Below are positions 59,601 through 64,000 of a stretch of DNA of 64,000 nt, in pieces. The DNA lies in the NCBI GenBank assembly GCA_001595785.1, contig LSSJ01000002.1, positions 22,224-86,223 of the forward strand. The letters run 5' to 3'. How positions within the stretch are numbered: the first letter of the stretch is position 1; each line of letters begins with the position of its first letter. Source of the stretch: Euryarchaeota archaeon SM23-78. GTDB lineage: Archaea; Nanobdellota; Nanobdellia; Woesearchaeales; SM23-78. The position numbers were made by a program, and so were the translations under genes. The notes beneath the pieces are model-generated. The model was not told where the DNA came from, made no database searches, and saw only the letters and a program-made list of their open reading frames with translations.

Positions 59601-62600
59601 CAACATAACCTTCAGACTCTACAACACCACAAGCCCAGTAAACATCACCACCTTAGGACCAGGAAACAGAAGCATCAACTTCACCAACCTAGACTCAAAC
59701 ATAAAATACTGGTACAACGTAACCATAACAGACAAAGCAGGAAACCAAAACACCACAGAAACCTGGCAGATAACCTTGGATTCAACTTATCCTTTTATTA
59801 ATCTTAATAATCCTGGAAATAATACTTTTATTAATTATGATATGGTGGAGTTCAACTACACCCCTATTGACACTTATCTTGACACCTGTATATTATATGC
59901 TAATTTCACTGGTCCTTTTGGCCCTAATGAAACAGAACCCATTCCTATAAATGGAAGCATAAATACTTTTGGCCCTATTAATCTTAATGATGGAAGATAT
60001 ATATGGAATGTGTGGTGCAATGACTCTGCTGGCAACTCTAACTTTAGTCAGTATAATTATACTATTAAGGTTGATACTCAGAACCCTGTTATTAGTAACT
60101 GGAATACTAATGGAACTAGTTTTGTAATTTATGAGTACATCTGTCTTAATGTTACTGTAACTGACAGCTTTTCTGGAGTACAAACTGTTTATGCTGAGAT
60201 TGAAGACCCAAACACTGATGTTGAGAATGTTAGTATGCTTGATAATGGCGGTGGATGCGATGCAGTAGGCGGAGACAATGTTTATTCGGTTTCTTATTAC
60301 CTTGAATTTGGTGGTAACTACACCTGGCTGAACACACATGCTAAGGATTATGCTAATAACTGGCAGACAAATACAACTAATCTTGAATGGAATGTTACAA
60401 CTACTGGTAGCATGACTGTTAATATGACATATCCTTCTTCTAATCTTGAGATTAATGAGTCAGAATATAATTATCAATATCAACAGACTTGTAATGTAAG
60501 CTGTGATGCAGGAGGAATTAATTGTGAAAACGTGGTTTTATATGCTGAGTATAATCCTAGTGTATTCAAATACATAAACACCACTACTATTGACCTGATT
60601 AATGATGAGGACAGCTTTAGCTGTGGTAACCTCACTGCAGGAGGATCTCCCTGCACTCACACCTTTAATATTACTTCTGGTAGCAACTCTGGAGACAACA
60701 TCTGGCCTATTAGGTGTAGTGCATCATCTACAAACGTGGGTTCATATATTTCGTCAGATGTTAACCTTACTATTAATGACCACCCATTTGTCAACTTTAT
60801 CTATCCCTCAAATAGTAGCTGGCTGGCTGGTGTTGAAATGCTTAATGCTTCTGCAAGCTTTGATTCTGATGGAAGTCTTATTAATTTCTTGTTTGAGTAT
60901 GATAATAACACTGGATTTATATCTCCAAGCACTATTTGTAATGGGCCAGATGAAAATTGCACCTGGAATACTAGTCAGCAAGATCAGTGTGCTAACAATA
61001 GTCTTTCATGTTATTTAAGGCTTACTATAACTGATAACGATGGATTAACTAACAGCACCTATGTTGTGATTGGCTTTGACACTCAGGCACCTACAATAGT
61101 ACTGGGTTTACCAAGAGACTTTGAGAACATTAGTGTAAATCTCTTCACTATTAATGCTAGTCCAACAGATAATCAGTCTGGTGTAGATACTGTGGTGTTT
61201 GAATACAGGCAGAACAGCACTGATAGTTGGCACTTTGTATGCCTTGACAATAGAAGTCCTATATATGACTGTGTGTGGAACCTTACAAACCTGTCTGATG
61301 GTAATACATATGAGTTCAGGGCCTATGCTAATGACTCAAAAGGAAATATTGGTAGTGCTGATGTACACACAAATATTACTGTTGATAGAACAGGACCACT
61401 TATTTATCTTGAGAGCCCAATATATGGTGCGAATTTCTCTAATAACACAATAACCTTTTATTATAATGCTACAGATGCTACTAGTAGTCTTAGAAATTGT
61501 TCATTAGTAATTGATGGAAGCATTGTGAACACCACTCTTTTCCCTGCTGAAGACACCACTCTTAACTTTACTTATAATCTAAGCGATGGCTCATACAACT
61601 GGAGTGTTAACTGCACAGATTTGCTGGGAAATGAGAACAGTTCAGAGTTAAGAGAGATAAACATTGATACTCAGGGTCCTGTTGTTGTTCTTGACAGGCC
61701 TCCTAATTCAAGCATTGTTACTGGTGCGAGCTATGTTGTTAATGCCAGTGTTAATGACCCTGGATTTGCTGAGGTTGATACTGCAACTTTTGAATATAGA
61801 AGGAATAGTACTGACACCTGGCAGCTAATATGCAGAGATGATAGAGATCCTGTGTATGACTGTGACTGGGACACAACTGTTCTGCCAGATGGAGATGAGT
61901 ATGAAGTAAGAGTTTATGCTAATGACACTTTTGGTAATGTTGGCAACATTGATATACATGTAAACATAACAATTGATAATAATAATCCTGTGCTTATCCT
62001 GGTCTCTCCAGAAGATAACTTCACTGACACCGACGGTGACTTGGTGTTTGTTTATAGAGTCTCAGATATTTCTCCTATTTCTAATTGCACCTTGATTATA
62101 AACGAACAGATTAACCAGACAGAGCCCTCAGTGCAGAGGGATGTTGACCAGTACTTCTACTTGTACAATGTGGTTGATGGCTCTCAGTTGAATTGGAGTA
62201 TTAATTGCACAGACTCTATTAATCTTATTAATGCTAGTGAGACAAGAAACATAACTGTTAGTATCAGCGCAAACATGAATCTTAATTTAACCATGAACAA
62301 ATCAAGTTATTATGCAGGGCAAACAGCAGTGATTACACATAATGTTACAGATACTGCTGATGTTCCTATTAGTGGTGTTGATGTTAGCACAGCAATAGTG
62401 TTTGCAAACACCACCATTCCCTGGTGGAATTCCTCGTGGCAGAGAAGAAAGCCTATTAATCTGACCAGCTCACAGGACCTAACTAATGTGATTGTAGAGG
62501 TTAATGTATCTGGACTTGATGGTAACATTTCAAGCTGCACAGATGAGATCAGGATTGCAAGGTTTGACTCAAACAATAATCTGACATCTGTTCCAAGAGC

Positions 62601-64000
62601 AGTTGTTAGCGGTGACGACTTTACTTATTGTGTGGTAAGGTTCAAAGCCACTATGAGTGCAGGTGTTGACAACACTGAGTTCTGGGCTTATTATAATAAC
62701 TCAGGAGCCAGTGACCCTAATAATAATGTGACAAGACTAACAGTTAACACAATAAAAACAGCTCTTGGAGGCAGCATTCTTGGTGCTCAGTACGATGTAA
62801 CTAGTGGCAGTTCTTCTGACACTACCAGTGATAATACTGTTTACTATGCTGTTGGAAGGAATAATGGTCCTCCTGATCAGGACCCTCTCAATGCTTATAT
62901 TAACCTGAGCTACAATGTCTCTGACCTTGGAGTGACTGAATCAGACCTGGTATCATTCAACTTCACTATTAATTATTGCCATTCAAATGATGTGGCTGCT
63001 CCTATAACCTGTGGTGGAGCTATTACCTCTGCAACAGCTAACCCTGCGAGTGTCCAGCTCTATGATTTTGATGCTACTGGCTGGGATCCCCAGTTTGACA
63101 CAGTAACCCAGGATGTTAATTCTGCTGCTGAGAACACCGAGACATATATAGAAACAGATAGTCTTGGTAGTTATGTGCAGGACAGCACAGGTATGGTCTG
63201 GATAAGATATGAGACAGATATTAGCTTTACTGCTAAAGGAACAGATGGCTCATTTGCCCTTGACTATGCAACTCTTAATGTGTATTACAAAGAAAGAATA
63301 TATACGGGCCTTGGGAGTGTGGGAAGCACACAGCTCATAATTGCCAGCAACTATTCACAAACAGATTTCCAAGGGCTATGGGTGTGGAATTGGAGCACTT
63401 CTGGCCAGCAATCAGGCAACTACTCAACAGTCTCGCTTGCCAGCAAGACAGGTTACTATAATGCTTATGATTATTACTGGTTTGAGATAGAAGAGGACAC
63501 TACAGGACCGGTTGTTGTGCTTGACAGGCCACACAACCACACCACAATAAATGCACTTATTGACGGCTTCTTGTACCTGGTAAATGCAACTGTGACAGAT
63601 GCAGGCATTGGAACCATTGATACATTAACCTTCTTATACCGCAGGAATGACACTGACACCTGGAAGTTTGCATGCAATGACACAGACGGCAGTGCTCCGT
63701 TTGAGTGCAACTGGAACCTGACAGGCCTGCCTAATGGAGAAGACTATGAGGTAAGGGTTTATGCAAATGACACACTAGGGAATATTGGTAATAATGACAC
63801 CCATATTAACATCACAATAATAACGCAGGAGATTAGTATTACTTATATCAATGTTGATGATAATGTGTATAGCCCCGTGGATGAGATTGATTTGATTGCT
63901 GGATCAACAAAAAACATTTACTGCAACATAACAGTGAATGACCCTAACGGCTACACATATATCGAAGGAGTGAATGCTACTTTTTTCTCAGCAACAACTA
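56638..64000 (+). CDS. Giant surface protein (>2450 aa in window), 3'-partial; same family as 1377 and 32345 genes
   Basis: ATG 56638 with GGAGTGGTG upstream. Signal FVLNIFIILIIFLSLNLVIS. N-module ELWKCKDWDFDNQQCLGTWQKIMDLVPGQEYVIDVSASDPG. Frame 1 is open to the window end (…IEGVNATFFSATT). Tandem ~110-aa domains (TQGPVVVLDRP.../TTGPVVVLDRP...) and a tandem ~93-aa pair at 59221-59790. Absent from the track because no stop is reached. Confidence 0.75.
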   Translation, partial: MRIRFFVLNIFIILIIFLSLNLVISDSALSLPPQPPPLSVDKDIYQVEETVELNINIDPLEYHLYELHIYAHNNSYTYKGDFNPIMFFYPTEEGIYTIALVDFSTRATFYSLDFRVGREEEGGVGIDVHDPVQSFPEPAQQGQEFQVKDVPDNIPNRIISVSTDKDEYTSGENVRIFVEGTDGINGNDINLYHSFNGVSKRYMGDLKYINFIPQGIGSHELILEDVQNNIKYIYNFEVKRGIAKKILKAINSRGYEEEVDLEVLDENQGLASVEITPRKRILKKISLKNLKIGENLSLGIEEIALQRIRIKQRNVVKAFALDPSKLEFENGTATGVASGSELWKCKDWDFDNQQCLGTWQKIMDLVPGQEYVIDVSASDPGYAETGVASINTKKPVYHPGETSELIIVVLDTAGHLVSGASVNLDITAPDNSVYYFSTSNTSNNWNNKIIETDKGVYEASFNNTNLEGNYSLVVRAIESNVNSTIFSYFTVKAFYEFDIIRDTPVTTDPWRGAFISSISLTSYLPAPGFNFTEVLPSSFTISNHGGAMRTENNEKIYLTWTNLNNNSVVSYSARPPLVTPELYELGPSYVDYSSGIFYEARPWYLAVDPTAYYDPESNVQQGWDDGTGTGYDQVNNSVRYPNTVGMTYNYISARGNDATYAEFGFDNITQTPRYITLWIYANTTNCGFLAYLQQGGTTRGTIDVNPSTSLNWFNYNWTAPSGDYSVMTVEFYQDSKGGGGPGYCYVYEAYLEVAYNNPPNITALTYPVDGANLSSGTNVDFNFTVYDEEDPVKNCTLWGNFTGTWAANKTVYDVDVDTESNITINLPDGSFIWNINCTDKFGDWDEYETDYRVRVDTTYPKIDFSSGTEPNGTYANRNWIYVNVSVNESNEKNITFRLYNVSGEVNISTYTNGRRNINFTSLDSNTKYWYNVTVCDHFGWCNSTSTRKITLDSTYPAINYSTGTEPNGTHTNRNWIYINITANETNEANITFRLYNTTSPVNITTLGPGNRSINFTNLDSNIKYWYNVTITDKAGNQNTTETWQITLDSTYPFINLNNPGNNTFINYDMVEFNYTPIDTYLDTCILYANFTGPFGPNETEPIPINGSINTFGPINLNDGRYIWNVWCNDSAGNSNFSQYNYTIKVDTQNPVISNWNTNGTSFVIYEYICLNVTVTDSFSGVQTVYAEIEDPNTDVENVSMLDNGGGCDAVGGDNVYSVSYYLEFGGNYTWLNTHAKDYANNWQTNTTNLEWNVTTTGSMTVNMTYPSSNLEINESEYNYQYQQTCNVSCDAGGINCENVVLYAEYNPSVFKYINTTTIDLINDEDSFSCGNLTAGGSPCTHTFNITSGSNSGDNIWPIRCSASSTNVGSYISSDVNLTINDHPFVNFIYPSNSSWLAGVEMLNASASFDSDGSLINFLFEYDNNTGFISPSTICNGPDENCTWNTSQQDQCANNSLSCYLRLTITDNDGLTNSTYVVIGFDTQAPTIVLGLPRDFENISVNLFTINASPTDNQSGVDTVVFEYRQNSTDSWHFVCLDNRSPIYDCVWNLTNLSDGNTYEFRAYANDSKGNIGSADVHTNITVDRTGPLIYLESPIYGANFSNNTITFYYNATDATSSLRNCSLVIDGSIVNTTLFPAEDTTLNFTYNLSDGSYNWSVNCTDLLGNENSSELREINIDTQGPVVVLDRPPNSSIVTGASYVVNASVNDPGFAEVDTATFEYRRNSTDTWQLICRDDRDPVYDCDWDTTVLPDGDEYEVRVYANDTFGNVGNIDIHVNITIDNNNPVLILVSPEDNFTDTDGDLVFVYRVSDISPISNCTLIINEQINQTEPSVQRDVDQYFYLYNVVDGSQLNWSINCTDSINLINASETRNITVSISANMNLNLTMNKSSYYAGQTAVITHNVTDTADVPISGVDVSTAIVFANTTIPWWNSSWQRRKPINLTSSQDLTNVIVEVNVSGLDGNISSCTDEIRIARFDSNNNLTSVPRAVVSGDDFTYCVVRFKATMSAGVDNTEFWAYYNNSGASDPNNNVTRLTVNTIKTALGGSILGAQYDVTSGSSSDTTSDNTVYYAVGRNNGPPDQDPLNAYINLSYNVSDLGVTESDLVSFNFTINYCHSNDVAAPITCGGAITSATANPASVQLYDFDATGWDPQFDTVTQDVNSAAENTETYIETDSLGSYVQDSTGMVWIRYETDISFTAKGTDGSFALDYATLNVYYKERIYTGLGSVGSTQLIIASNYSQTDFQGLWVWNWSTSGQQSGNYSTVSLASKTGYYNAYDYYWFEIEEDTTGPVVVLDRPHNHTTINALIDGFLYLVNATVTDAGIGTIDTLTFLYRRNDTDTWKFACNDTDGSAPFECNWNLTGLPNGEDYEVRVYANDTLGNIGNNDTHINITIITQEISITYINVDDNVYSPVDEIDLIAGSTKNIYCNITVNDPNGYTYIEGVNATFFSATT

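Noticed and set aside
59221-59790. Diversity-generating retroelement (TR/VR) explanation for the AAC-rich copy of the tandem domain
   Set aside because: Differences between the two copies are mostly T/C and G/A synonymous changes, not adenine-specific substitutions. No reverse transcriptase gene is visible in the window.
1377-64000. Numerous 60-180-aa antisense or off-frame ORFs inside the giant genes (e.g. 1940-2464−, 7872-8213−, 33327-33683−, 59291-59572+, 60602-61018+)
   Set aside because: They sit inside long, well-supported coding frames, have biased low-complexity translations and lack start contexts. These are typical shadow ORFs.
1-64000. CRISPR arrays, rRNA and tRNA genes
   Set aside because: No regularly spaced direct repeats with unique spacers, no rRNA-like conserved stretches and no convincing cloverleaf candidates were seen on reading both strands.

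Overview
AT-rich (~35% GC) window that looks archaeal, possibly DPANN-like; this is my reading, not proven. Evidence: BRE/TATA-type promoters, some leaderless starts, GGTGA-type ribosome-binding sites, a KaiC-like ATPase, an HEPN/MNT pair, AbrB and RHH mini-regulators, and secreted proteins saturated with N-x-S/T glycosylation sequons. The window is dominated by four giant surface-protein genes: 1377-5129 plus 5104-10719 (probably one gene split by a frameshift), 32345-37537, and 56638 to beyond the window end. They share an N-terminal module, arrays of HYR/Ig-like ~90-aa repeats with conserved Cys/Trp, CARDB-like domains and FN3 domains. Two of them also share a C-terminal ~80-aa domain that ends without a TM segment. 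The same C-terminal domain (ending YDFQ[IL][IL]VxE ... YYF[YW]xE[IL]) defines a cluster of five small secreted paralogs at 38.8-45.0 kb. One paralog carries an in-frame TAA. One is fused through a TM helix to a cytoplasmic winged-HTH, a ToxR-like architecture. The cluster sits next to a tandem-HTH regulator. A second secreted paralog pair lies at 40609-41595 and 51045-51977. A signal-transduction neighbourhood at 10.9-30.4 kb contains a KaiC-like ATPase, two Walker-A-less KaiC-like paralogs placed directly upstream of a Hanks Ser/Thr kinase and a CheY-like receiver, a Cache/HAMP histidine kinase with a LivJ-type binding protein and a PAS protein, and an AbrB-PhoU-like regulator. Four intergenic MITE-like structured repeats (17.8, 32.0, 37.6 and 44.1 kb) share short sequence modules, and two of them bracket a giant gene. 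I recognised no rRNA, tRNA or CRISPR array. Coordinates of short motifs were hand-counted and may be off by a few bases.
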